From contig CAVSBO010000016.1 in assembly GCA_963726195.1 (NCBI GenBank), positions 32,001-96,000 on the forward strand: a DNA stretch of 64,000 nt. Direction: 5' to 3'. Within the stretch, counting starts at the first letter, position 1. Each line of letters opens with the position of its first letter. The position numbers and the translations under genes were made by a program. This document shows positions 9,216 through 18,916 of the stretch, piece by piece. This stretch comes from Candidatus Thorarchaeota archaeon. Its GTDB lineage: Archaea > Asgardarchaeota > Thorarchaeia > Thorarchaeales > Thorarchaeaceae. The notes beneath the pieces are model-generated. The model saw only the letters and a program-made list of their open reading frames with translations, did not search any database and was not told the origin of the DNA.

Positions 9216-10082
9216 TCCTCCCCGTCCTTCTCTCTCTTTGACGCTCATTTCCGGCGGCGAATCCGTCATCTGGACCTTGAACAGCCTCTTGACTTGAGAA
9301 AGAACAAGCCGATCGCCGTTCACCAATACCTCTATTGCAACGTAGTCGACCAATCCAGAAGTCGATACCTTCTTCTCAAGAACGGCTTCGACCTGAAAAA
9401 CCCCTGCGGGATTGTCCATATCAACTGATATCGAGAGCGGTTTCTCCGTGCCATGTTCCAAGATGACATCATTGATTGCCATGGCACTCACCGAGTGTAT
9501 GTCGACCTTGCCTTGCTGATAAGGTATCGATGTCCTCCCTTTCGTCATATCGCAGCCATCACCCAATTTGGTAACGCCGGCCTCGAAAGTCAGACACTGT
9601 GTGTCGTCATCGTGTGCATATACGCCGTGAAGCACGAAGGAGAGTATGTCAGTCGCTTTCGCGGGATCGTCGTAGAGTGCTCCAAGCTTCTCTTCTAGGA
9701 TACTGCTAGCAAGAAAGACCCCAGCTTGTGGATGTTCGGCGCGATGAACAACCATGCCTATGTCGTGGAGGTAGGTCGAAGCAAGAACAACCGTGCGAGC
9801 ATCGTCAATATCGCCTATTCCTTCCGCGACAACATTGGGCTGGAAAGTTTCACTCAATATGTCGAAAGCCGTGAGAGCATTCCATGTGCTGACCTCTGCA
9901 TGAGTTGGCCCGTGGTCAGTGTACCCCAAACGCGAGACCGCCATTCGGTTCGCACTTCGCAGATACGTCTGGACCTTTGGTGACATGCTTAGGTATTGAT
10001 ACATTTCCAGCGCCTTGGTACCGGGACTCAAGAGACTGCGGACGCTGACCCTTTCCCTGTCGAATGCTGTTCCTCTTCCCAT
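9213..10082 (-). CDS. HD-superfamily metal-dependent phosphohydrolase
   Basis: RLGYTDHGPTHA, YLHDIG, GDGCDMTKGR, DIHSVSA. Confidence 0.85.
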   Translation of the reverse strand: MGRGTAFDRERVSVRSLLSPGTKALEMYQYLSMSPKVQTYLRSANRMAVSRLGYTDHGPTHAEVSTWNALTAFDILSETFQPNVVAEGIGDIDDARTVVLASTYLHDIGMVVHRAEHPQAGVFLASSILEEKLGALYDDPAKATDILSFVLHGVYAHDDDTQCLTFEAGVTKLGDGCDMTKGRTSIPYQQGKVDIHSVSAMAINDVILEHGTEKPLSISVDMDNPAGVFQVEAVLEKKVSTSGLVDYVAIEVLVNGDRLVLSQVKRLFKVQMTDSPPEMSVKEREGRGG

Positions 10083-10151
10083 GGCTTTACTCCCCGTGCA
10101 GCTTGTTAGATATTCGCCAGATTTGATAAGAATTGCTGAACGGCTCTGATA

Positions 10152-13109
10152 CTAAACCTCACCTGCTTCCTCCTGAATGGTGAGCAGTATCCGGTCTGTG
10201 GCAGCTACGGCTTTCTTGACTGCTTTGAGGTAGTCCTGACGTGTCCTTTCGAAAGCACCAGAACTAATCTTCTGCTTCTTTCTGCGAAGTAGGAGTTGCC
10301 TAAGACCTGCTTTAGCACCAGCAATACGTTCGTCTTGAAGATCCAACTGAGCTATCATGTCCCTGTACTTGGGTCCATACGAAACAACCTCATTCTTGAG
10401 CTCAATCAGGTCCTTCTCGACGGTGTCTGTTTGTGACTTGATGTCGCCTTCGCGAATCATGAACTCTCTCTGACTGACCTTGCCCCTCTTCCGTCCGTCT
10501 TCCAGCTTTTCAAGTTCTAGCTCAAGTGATGTCTTCTTCGAGTAGGTTGTAGCGAATTTCCGCAGAAGCTCAGGCGGGGCTTGAGCTTGCTTCGTCGTCG
10601 CGGCAGATGTCTCTTTCCCGGTCTCAGCTGTGGTCGCTGTCGCCGCCCAGAGTTTTCTGTAAGACACGTAGGCTATCGCCACGAGACCCACAATCAGTGA
10701 GAATGCCAGCGGTCTTGCTATGGTCCATACAGATATGTCATAGCTCAGCAACAACGCCGGGACATTGTACGCCGTCGTGTTGTATGCTGTGTACCTGAAT
10801 ATAGTGCTGAAAATACCGTAAAGGAGTCTGTAGCCCGGAGATATGTCTCGTACACTGGCCGAGAGTGGCAGAATCAAATTGATGATATGGCTAGTGACTC
10901 TCATATCGCCCAAATTGGTCATGGGGATTGTCAGGACATCACCGTTGGGAGTTGAATTGTAATGAGCTGAGGACAACACTCTGTATGAAAGCTGGAAAGT
11001 ATAGTGTTCTCCGGGCAGGAAGGCGTCCCCAAATCGGTCGGTCTTGAGGTCGACCGTTAGGTGAATCGTACTATTCCACGACTTGCTCTGAGCAGAAATC
11101 TCTGTCGATGTGAGGAGACCTACCACATCGTAGATCTTGATGTCTGAAGAATATGCAGGCATAGTAATGTCGAATGTGGTCTCAGTTGCAGGTCCAGTGT
11201 TGTCAATTGATACGGTCTCTTGGTACGTCAACCATCCCCAAGGATCCACCGTGATATCGGTCTCTCTAGTAGCAATCAGCAACGGAGAATACGAAGTCAT
11301 TACAAACGCAAATGGCTCTATTGTCATGGGAGGTAGATAGCTGACGTGGCCCTCGGGAGAAGACGAGACGGGAGTATCGCCGCTCATAAGAGCAAAAGAC
11401 AATGTGGCGTACAGAATAACGTACGGAACGACAGGATACTTCAAGAACGATATCTGGTAGGTATTTCCACTGAAGGATACCAGAGTATCGATAGAGTGGA
11501 AGTACATCGTGGTTTTGACAGTGGACGACTCTTGGAATCCGGCGGGCTCAAAGAGATAGATTCTCCAATGCATCAGCCCGGCACTATCATTGAGTTGTAT
11601 GCTGCTGAGCATCCTGTTGGACCCATCAACAGCGGTCAGGGATAGGAAATGCGATGCAAAGGTGACGGGCAGATACACTTCGAACGCGCCAATCGGGGCT
11701 GAGCCGTTGTTCGTAATTGTGAAAACATCTACAACCCGTGTCGTGTGATACGACAAATCGGCAATTGTTCGACTGACACTGAGATGCATTCCCAACAACG
11801 AAACGTACGGCCGATTGATGGTGAGATTAAGCATGAGAACTGCTGTTAGATTTGACGGATCGGTCGCATTGAATCTGAACAGGTGAGTTCCATTGGCGTA
11901 CTTGGTCAGTTCGAACGCCGACTCCCACATTGATGTCTGGAAATTGTAATTCAGCCTCGTCCAGTTCCCTTGGTCAATCTTGCAGGAAGCCCTCCTGACA
12001 TATGTGTTGTCAGTCGCGTTCAGCAATATGGTAGTGACCCAGGTAAGCGATTCATTCGCTTTTGGACTCTGAAGCACGAGCGTTGGCGCAACATTGGGTA
12101 TCATCTGAACTCTCAGAGGGAAGGACCAATCACTGTGCTGAGTAGGCAGAGCAGTAAAGTCCTCACTGTTAGAGAACATGAGAACAAACGGGAACCTTAA
12201 GCTGGTTGAATTCAGTAATGGAACACCGGCTGAGCTCGTCCTGTTCATCTTGATGTAGTACTCGACCTCAGTGGTGACGCCATCGTCACTGGCGTTGGCC
12301 GATAGTACTCTGCTCTGATTTGCGTAGCTCAGGTGCTGTAATGTGCTTATTCCGTGATGATAGCTGTAGGAAATTCGACTGGCGTGAGCAGGGTTATCAA
12401 AGGTCGAGCCGATTCGAGTAACTTGAACGATATACTCCAGATCCTGACCATACAATGTGTCTGTCGGATCTGTGTAACCTTTGGATGCAGGAATTATGAA
12501 ATGCCGTACTTCGCCTATTCGCATGCCGATAATGTTGTCCTTGTAAGCCTGAAGAAGTGATTCGCTGCTGAATGCTGTCGTGGAGGAGTCGTCAGGTGCA
12601 TTTCCTTCCTGGATGAGGGTACCGTTCCTCATGAGTAGCTTGTAGTGTACCGTAATCGGTTGAGCACCTGTCACCCTCTGGTAACTTGAATGGGGGGTTC
12701 CGGGTGCACACCCGAAGACCAAGTCACTCCCGTTGATGCCCTCTGTTGCGAAGTCCAAGGTGCTGTTCTTCCACCCAAAAGCAATCCATCCAGAAGTGTG
12801 AACAGACAAGCCGACGAAGAGGACTGTCGAATTGTGCTCGAGATAGATGGTTATTCCCGTGACAGAATCGGTATAGTTGTAGGCATACTCAGTCGGGTCT
12901 ATAATCCCGTCCGCATTACCATAATGAGCATCCACATAGGGGACCGAGGCGTTCAGCGAAGATCCAGCTACAGTTACGCCTCGTTGTGTGTTCCGAGCTT
13001 GTGCTTGGGAAACAATAGACTCTCTCGATGGTACCATTATCATGATGCAGCTCGTAACGAGCAGCACAAGGAGCATCAGGGTGCTAGCCCTTCTACACAG
13101 CAGGCTCAA
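10152..13109 (-). CDS. Ribophorin-I (RPN1/OST1)-like membrane glycoprotein with N-terminal DOMON[FKBP-inserted] and Ig-like domains
   Basis: Signal-like N-terminus; two beta-rich luminal repeats (SVSRTI..; TRETDITVDPWGWLTYQETVSIDN...IYDVVGLL); one TM helix; charged helical C-terminus; about 22 N-x-S/T sequons. Confidence 0.7.
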   Translation of the reverse strand: MSLLCRRASTLMLLVLLVTSCIMIMVPSRESIVSQAQARNTQRGVTVAGSSLNASVPYVDAHYGNADGIIDPTEYAYNYTDSVTGITIYLEHNSTVLFVGLSVHTSGWIAFGWKNSTLDFATEGINGSDLVFGCAPGTPHSSYQRVTGAQPITVHYKLLMRNGTLIQEGNAPDDSSTTAFSSESLLQAYKDNIIGMRIGEVRHFIIPASKGYTDPTDTLYGQDLEYIVQVTRIGSTFDNPAHASRISYSYHHGISTLQHLSYANQSRVLSANASDDGVTTEVEYYIKMNRTSSAGVPLLNSTSLRFPFVLMFSNSEDFTALPTQHSDWSFPLRVQMIPNVAPTLVLQSPKANESLTWVTTILLNATDNTYVRRASCKIDQGNWTRLNYNFQTSMWESAFELTKYANGTHLFRFNATDPSNLTAVLMLNLTINRPYVSLLGMHLSVSRTIADLSYHTTRVVDVFTITNNGSAPIGAFEVYLPVTFASHFLSLTAVDGSNRMLSSIQLNDSAGLMHWRIYLFEPAGFQESSTVKTTMYFHSIDTLVSFSGNTYQISFLKYPVVPYVILYATLSFALMSGDTPVSSSPEGHVSYLPPMTIEPFAFVMTSYSPLLIATRETDITVDPWGWLTYQETVSIDNTGPATETTFDITMPAYSSDIKIYDVVGLLTSTEISAQSKSWNSTIHLTVDLKTDRFGDAFLPGEHYTFQLSYRVLSSAHYNSTPNGDVLTIPMTNLGDMRVTSHIINLILPLSASVRDISPGYRLLYGIFSTIFRYTAYNTTAYNVPALLLSYDISVWTIARPLAFSLIVGLVAIAYVSYRKLWAATATTAETGKETSAATTKQAQAPPELLRKFATTYSKKTSLELELEKLEDGRKRGKVSQREFMIREGDIKSQTDTVEKDLIELKNEVVSYGPKYRDMIAQLDLQDERIAGAKAGLRQLLLRRKKQKISSGAFERTRQDYLKAVKKAVAATDRILLTIQEEAGEV

Positions 13110-13295
13110 GACTTGTCACCGTGGATTAGATTGTGAGCGACGGGTCGCCTCTGGCCCAAGGTGTCGCAAACAATGCGGTCGAGTTTATGGATTCGTTAAA
13201 TACGTTTCGTAGATACGAAAGTTGTACTTTGAAGGCCACGGTCCGAAAAGTGTAATAACCGGACAAAAGGCCACTCCGCCGTCGAAGGTTTCTAC

Positions 13296-14330
13296 ATGGT
13301 CATGATACTCATAGCTTTCGTGGTGTCATTCCTGATTGTAATCACAGTCATCCCTAGGACCATAAGGATGTTTATAGAGAAGGGATGGACAGGAATCGAT
13401 GTCCACAAACCGCACAAGCCTGAGATCCCAAAGGGGGGAGGAGTAATAATCCTCTTTGCAATAGTGACGAGTCTGCTGTTAGTCGTAGGCATCACCACAT
13501 TTCAGGAAAATGTGGCATCCCCGTTTCCTTTGGCTGCCCTCGTGTCCATTCTAATGGCGGGCATGATAGGAGTTCTGGACGACAATCTGAATTTCAGGAA
13601 CAGAACAAAAATAGCGCTGCCTATGCTTGCATCGATTCCGATGGTAGCGATGGCAGTCGGCAAGCCCACGATGACGCTGCCTATTATCGGGACAGTGAAT
13701 CTAGGTGTCCTTTACCCTCTTGTCGTCGTACCCCTCTTCATGACCTTCATTATCGACGCAACAAATATGTACGCAGGCATGAACGGTCTGGAAGCTGGAC
13801 TTGCCAGTGTCAATTCCTCGGCACTCATCGTCTATGTGATGCTAACACCCTTCTTCACCGGTGAGACCATGACAGAAGCAGGCACCTACGCTGCGACGAT
13901 TGCGGCAGCACTGTTTGGGGCGTCGATTGCGTTCCTCGTTTTCAATAGGTATCCGGCAAGAATCCTTTCAGGCGATGTCGGCAACTTGCCGCTCGGCGCG
14001 ACTATTGCGGCCGCACTCATCCTCGGAAACATGGACCGCCTTGCGGTGATACTCTTCCTTACATACTTTGTCAACTTCATGCTGTATATCTTCTACAGAA
14101 TACATGTCAGGCGCTCGGGCGGGAAATATGCCAAGTTCGCCTCTCCTCGAGATGATGGAACACTCGAAGTCGTGGGGCCGTACACGATGTACTGGATATT
14201 GCCGTACCTGTCAAAGACGATGACTGAGAAGAGAAACGTGAAGCTGCTTGTATTGCTTCAGGTCATAGTGGCCTACACGGGTGTGTTCCTGCTCCTATTC
14301 GCTAAACCATTGGGTTTAGCCTGGTTCTAA
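13296..14330 (+). CDS. UDP-GlcNAc:polyprenyl-phosphate GlcNAc-1-P transferase (MraY/ALG7/AglH family)
   Basis: GIDVHK..PEIPKGGG, GVLDD, NMYAGMNGLEAG, FNRYPARILSGDVG; multi-TM. Confidence 0.88.
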   Translation: MVMILIAFVVSFLIVITVIPRTIRMFIEKGWTGIDVHKPHKPEIPKGGGVIILFAIVTSLLLVVGITTFQENVASPFPLAALVSILMAGMIGVLDDNLNFRNRTKIALPMLASIPMVAMAVGKPTMTLPIIGTVNLGVLYPLVVVPLFMTFIIDATNMYAGMNGLEAGLASVNSSALIVYVMLTPFFTGETMTEAGTYAATIAAALFGASIAFLVFNRYPARILSGDVGNLPLGATIAAALILGNMDRLAVILFLTYFVNFMLYIFYRIHVRRSGGKYAKFASPRDDGTLEVVGPYTMYWILPYLSKTMTEKRNVKLLVLLQVIVAYTGVFLLLFAKPLGLAWF

Positions 14331-15385
14331 GCCAGCTTGCCGGCCAAGTACGTGTCGACCACGTAGTCCATACCATATCTGCTGAAGGCCTGCTGCTCCG
14401 CTTTCCTTCGCAGCTGTCTGAAAGCTTGTATATGCTGTTGCCATTCGGGTCCGGTGTATCTTGAATCGAGAGCCAACTCGTCAAGTCGCTTCAGATCTGC
14501 ATCAGTCATCGAGTCACAAGGTAGCGAGTACTTATTGATATCTTCTGGTGTGACACCAATCCATTTGGCATCAGGAATCGTGAGCCCCTTGATGTGGGCC
14601 GCGTTCGCGCTACCAGCAATGATTACCTGCGCAATGTGCATTCCCCAAGGGTCCCCATCTGTGAAGACGTAGACAGGCAAACCCAGTCTATCATGAAGAC
14701 CACGCATTAGTCGCCGAGTTGATCGCGGGGCCTGCCCTCCGAGATGGATTAGCACTGCTTTGAACCGTTCCCAAGCTCTCGTCTCGATTAGTCTGGCAAA
14801 CATTCCTCCGCACTCCACAGCAAGCACGATTTCCGCATCAGTCTTCACAGGCTCAGCTGTCATCAATGCAGGCCCTATTGGCAGACCATCCGGACTCATG
14901 GTAAGGTCAACTTCGCGTCCGCAATATCCGGGCACTGTGTACCGCATTGTCACTTGGCCATATACCGATGAATGCTCTTCCGGAAAGACACCAAAGTCTT
15001 CTCGAGCTATCCCGGTAAGAGATTCAAGGTCAGCCACTATGCGGTCGGACTCGGCTTGATCAACGAACTTGACACCGAATGCTTCGCTTGAGTAGTAAAG
15101 GTCTCTCAATGAGCTTGTCCGTGAAGAATCCAACAGATTCTTCGCAAACGATGCAACCCAGACCAGTTGAGCAAAGCTCCTGACATGTCGTACGTTGCTT
15201 GAGTCTCGCAATACGCGAGCACTACCCAGGACAAACTGCCCCTCTTCTGGGTCGAAGATTATGTTTCCCGTACTCCTGTCAGGTATCTCAAGTCGTGGAA
15301 AGTCATCATTAAGTATGCTCTGAACGACCTGCTTCCCTAGTTGAACAAGAGTGTCACGACTGCTATTCGACTCGGTCATCACCAC
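14327..15385 (-). CDS. top6A: DNA topoisomerase VI subunit A
   Basis: LRDLYY catalytic Tyr, TOPRIM VE, GGQAPRSTR, DGDPWG, KAEQQA. Confidence 0.93.
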   Translation of the reverse strand: MVMTESNSSRDTLVQLGKQVVQSILNDDFPRLEIPDRSTGNIIFDPEEGQFVLGSARVLRDSSNVRHVRSFAQLVWVASFAKNLLDSSRTSSLRDLYYSSEAFGVKFVDQAESDRIVADLESLTGIAREDFGVFPEEHSSVYGQVTMRYTVPGYCGREVDLTMSPDGLPIGPALMTAEPVKTDAEIVLAVECGGMFARLIETRAWERFKAVLIHLGGQAPRSTRRLMRGLHDRLGLPVYVFTDGDPWGMHIAQVIIAGSANAAHIKGLTIPDAKWIGVTPEDINKYSLPCDSMTDADLKRLDELALDSRYTGPEWQQHIQAFRQLRRKAEQQAFSRYGMDYVVDTYLAGKLA

Positions 15386-16886
15386 TCACCTCGAAAAGGT
15401 CTGCTATCAGACTCTCTGTGGGCGGGACATCAGTCCCTGCGAGCGACGCACCAAACTTTGCTACTAATCCGAACGACTTGGCGAACTCGTGCATCCTCTT
15501 CCTATTGCGACTCTGATGACCCAATTCCTTTGCTGACTTCGACAAGTCCCTGACAAGTCCCTTGAGAAGAGCAAGCGCTTCGGCCTCAATCTCGGGTACA
15601 GGAGCAATTGACTGCTTTCCGGCGGCCCTGTAAGGTATCCTAGTTGAAGACAGGTGAAAGAAGACATAGATTTGGTGAAGGCTACGAGAAGAGTATCTCG
15701 ACCAGTCAATCTTCCTTAATACCTTGGTAAAGACATCCTCGCTTGCATCATATAGAAGGGGAACCTTGTTCGCGAACCTATACAGAAGGGGAACATCTGA
15801 CTCCGCGCCATGACCGCCTAAGGCCAATACCCCTTCGATGATGAAGGGATTACCTTCCCATTCGGACGGCCCCCTCTGACCATAGCTGCAGAATGATACA
15901 GGAAATATGGACTTCACCGATGTTAGAAATGACTCTCTACCCAGAGGACTTAGGCAAGTACCATCCGGGCGTGCAAACCCGTCGAAGTTCCTTAGAGCCG
16001 TGCTGAGTCGCGAGATTTCCTCACGGTCGAGAGAACAACCAGTCTTTCGCGAGTCAAGTGCTGCGTGTCTTAGTAGTCGCGTAGCAGTATGATCACCGAT
16101 TTGCTGGAAAGAGCCTGTCAGAATGCTTCGTATAGGTTTCTCCCCGTTCTTCGCTATCAATCTCCTGAGCATTTCCAGGTCTGCGGCCCGGGGATGCGGC
16201 TTCGAAACCATAGGAACGTACGGAGGCTGTTCGGTCCACCGTCCTAACTCAGCTTGTGTGATGCCATTGACTCTGAGTATGATCCTCGCATGAGGACTGG
16301 AAACCGTAGTCATGCGCAGGTACTCAATGATTCTGTCTTGAGCGCGTTTCAAATCGCCTTTGATGTGTATGGTCACAGTGGTCCCCGGACCCTCCCGATC
16401 CAGAGCAGTCTCCGATTCCACGACTGGTTCATTGCGTTCTATATCAATCAACAACCTGAACACACGACCTCCGGTACTTCCAATCTGAGTGTGCACCTCT
16501 ACAGCATGCTCTGTCGTGATTTGGCCATACAGAACTGCCATTGTGGCCCCGAGGCCGAAGGTACCACGTTTCTGGCGAGCTTCATACTTGCTTCCGTACA
16601 GCATTCTTGCAAAAGCTTCTGGCACATGTTCGTAAGGGACTCCAGTTCCGTTGTCAGCAGCAGTAACGGAGACAAGACCTGGAGATTCATCAACCAAGTC
16701 GATTAAAATGACTGGCAGACGGCCGGAATCCTCACAAGCATCAAGACTATTCTCTACAAGCTCTCTCATAGTTGAGTACACAGCTAGGGTGGCGTTCCCA
16801 AAGCCGGCCATGTGGCGGTTTCTGTAGAAGAACTCTGCAGGCGATATGCTATTGAAGCTACCCGCCAACTGCACCTCTTCATTCAT
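15363..16886 (-). CDS. top6B: DNA topoisomerase VI subunit B
   Basis: SPAEFF, RELVENSLDA, DNGTG, GSKY..RGTFGLG GHKL motifs, RFANKVPLLY. Confidence 0.95.
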   Translation of the reverse strand: MNEEVQLAGSFNSISPAEFFYRNRHMAGFGNATLAVYSTMRELVENSLDACEDSGRLPVILIDLVDESPGLVSVTAADNGTGVPYEHVPEAFARMLYGSKYEARQKRGTFGLGATMAVLYGQITTEHAVEVHTQIGSTGGRVFRLLIDIERNEPVVESETALDREGPGTTVTIHIKGDLKRAQDRIIEYLRMTTVSSPHARIILRVNGITQAELGRWTEQPPYVPMVSKPHPRAADLEMLRRLIAKNGEKPIRSILTGSFQQIGDHTATRLLRHAALDSRKTGCSLDREEISRLSTALRNFDGFARPDGTCLSPLGRESFLTSVKSIFPVSFCSYGQRGPSEWEGNPFIIEGVLALGGHGAESDVPLLYRFANKVPLLYDASEDVFTKVLRKIDWSRYSSRSLHQIYVFFHLSSTRIPYRAAGKQSIAPVPEIEAEALALLKGLVRDLSKSAKELGHQSRNRKRMHEFAKSFGLVAKFGASLAGTDVPPTESLIADLFEVSGDDRVE

Positions 16887-16948
16887 GATGCTCGCGGCGA
16901 GGATTCGCTTGGATATCTTATTAGAGCCGGTATTACGAGATGCTCAAA

Positions 16949-17527
16949 TCATTGCTCTGATTTTTCCCATATCTCTGCCCTATCCCGATTCATGGCCCTT
17001 CGCATGCTTTCGAGGTATTTGTACACGTTGGCGTGCGGCAGCCCCTCAATCAGCATATTGATGGCTCGCGCGGCATACTCGATACCGGGGTCAATTCCTA
17101 TTATGGAAACCGTGTGACCATACACCGATATCTTGGCCTCGGTGATTTCCTCCACGGCTCTCCTTGTACGACCTCGCTCCCCGATTATTCTGCCAGCGAC
17201 TCTCTTCAACTGATCTGGTGAGGCGCCGACGCTATCACGCAATGATATTATGAGTAGTCTCGAGTCCTCGTCGACCAGAGTTAACGCATTGCTGGGACTG
17301 AAACCCCTTGCCATAGCACGCACAATATCTCGAGCTTTCCAAGCAAGGACTGGATCAGCAGCATCCGGTGCCGCTGTAATCGTTACAGCGCCATCCGGAT
17401 CAACTTCAAGCTGAACATTGGTAAGCTCCTCAACTCTTCTCTTGACTCTGCCATCGTGGCCTACTATGACGCCGATTCTTTCCACCGGCACCTTGATGGT
17501 TTCACGAAATGCCATTGTCATGCTCAC
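16949..17527 (-). CDS. KH-domain rRNA processing protein Dim2/Pno1
   Basis: RIGVIVG..G, RGFSP, GRIIGERGRTR, GLPHANVY. Confidence 0.9.
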   Translation of the reverse strand: MSMTMAFRETIKVPVERIGVIVGHDGRVKRRVEELTNVQLEVDPDGAVTITAAPDAADPVLAWKARDIVRAMARGFSPSNALTLVDEDSRLLIISLRDSVGASPDQLKRVAGRIIGERGRTRRAVEEITEAKISVYGHTVSIIGIDPGIEYAARAINMLIEGLPHANVYKYLESMRRAMNRDRAEIWEKSEQ

Positions 17528-18326
17528 CAGAGGATAGGATGTATTTCATTATTACACGAGGATCTTCAGGTTCGACTCCTAGCTTCGCGAAGAAACTTGT
17601 TATGTTTTGAAGGTCTCGGTAGAGATATCGTTGTGCATTGGGGTGACTAGTCAACACAGCCTGCGAGACGTCGATTATCACAGGCCCATCATGCCACAGG
17701 ATATTGTACTCACTCAAATCGGCATGGACCAAGTCGGCCTTCTTGTAACCGTTCTCAATCATCTGCATTATTTCGTCGTATGTGTCCACTGGCGAAGGGA
17801 TTGTAACGTTCTTCAAGAGAGGGGCAGCGGTACCAGTTTCGATATCGCCGATAAACTCCATGACAAGCACATTTCGTTCTATGTCGATTGGTTGGGGTAC
17901 TCTGACTCCGGCTTCGTGGTACCGCCGAAGATTCTTGTACTCTTTGAGCGCCCACATAGGTATTAGTGACCTGTGCCTGCGCCGAACATTCTTGAAACGT
18001 GGATCGCCAATGATGTAATCAAGCATGAAGTCCGACTCAGCGGTAGTCACTCTGTATATCTTAACTGCCACAGACCTTCCATCTCGGTCTTCTCCGCGGT
18101 AGACACCCGCTTCCTTGCCGGTACTGATCGCACCGTGGAGAGCACGAAGGGTGCCGCGGCTGAGCAGTCTGTAAACAGCCTTAAGCGTTGGAGGGTCTAT
18201 GACACCTTCTACAACCTTGAACTCGTCATCGTCCTTCCGCCTTTTCATCTTCCGGCGATCAAGGTCGGACTCAATCTGTCTGTACTTAGTATCGTCGCGC
18301 TTCAATTTCCGGCCCCGCATGGACAC
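17502..18326 (-). CDS. rio1: RIO1 atypical Ser kinase
   Basis: ISTGKEAGVY, AVKIY, YIIGDPRF, LVHADLSEYNIL, IDVSQAV. Confidence 0.95.
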   Translation of the reverse strand: MSMRGRKLKRDDTKYRQIESDLDRRKMKRRKDDDEFKVVEGVIDPPTLKAVYRLLSRGTLRALHGAISTGKEAGVYRGEDRDGRSVAVKIYRVTTAESDFMLDYIIGDPRFKNVRRRHRSLIPMWALKEYKNLRRYHEAGVRVPQPIDIERNVLVMEFIGDIETGTAAPLLKNVTIPSPVDTYDEIMQMIENGYKKADLVHADLSEYNILWHDGPVIIDVSQAVLTSHPNAQRYLYRDLQNITSFFAKLGVEPEDPRVIMKYILSSGEHDNGIS

Positions 18327-18385
18327 TCTGGTGATAAGCCAGATGCTGCAAATTAAGCGGTCTTACATCCAAAAAGCAGTTGGTG

Positions 18386-18718
18386 TTAGAACAATTTGAG
18401 GATGCCGCGCTTCTTCAACCAGTCTCACTCGTTGTCCTTGTATCGCCAAACCACATCACATTTCTGATCTGACTGGAAGTCCCATGGTACCACTAATACC
18501 GTATCTCCTACTCTCATCCAGACTCTCTTCTTCATTCTCCCGGGAATGCGTCCGACACGGACCTCTCCATCCTCGCATCTGACTCGGACCCTGTCGAATC
18601 CGAGCATTTGGACTATTGCTCCAAACATCTCGCCTTCATTCCGCTTTGGAGCCCTCACTCTCGCGAGCTCTTCAGATGAGGAATCCGCATCGGTCTTAGC
18701 ATTCTGTTCCTTAGACAA
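18386..18718 (-). CDS. eif1a: Translation initiation factor aIF-1A (in-frame TGA at 18425-18427)
   Basis: QMLGFDRVRVRCEDG..GRIPGRMKKRVW..GD.VLV.PWDFQ; the conserved tail DWLKKRGIL continues in frame after the TGA. Confidence 0.92.
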
Positions 18719-18916
18719 TATGATCCTCCGTTTCGCGGCCGGCCAGCACGGTCTTGGGCCTTTTACGTCGAATCCCTAAGACGGCATTTAAGCGTACCGA
18801 CAGGTTGCGAACTGCGACCACCACAACGAGTCTGTAGGCGACTCAGTGCGAGCGTGCTGACGAACATACTTGTCAAAGAGGCTCTTGGCTGAACTACTGG
18901 TCTTGCATCCGGCCTG

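Noticed and set aside
14327-16886. Spo11-like meiotic-type topoisomerase
   Set aside because: Canonical archaeal RIO1-Dim2-top6B-top6A context with intact GHKL motifs indicates ordinary Topo VI
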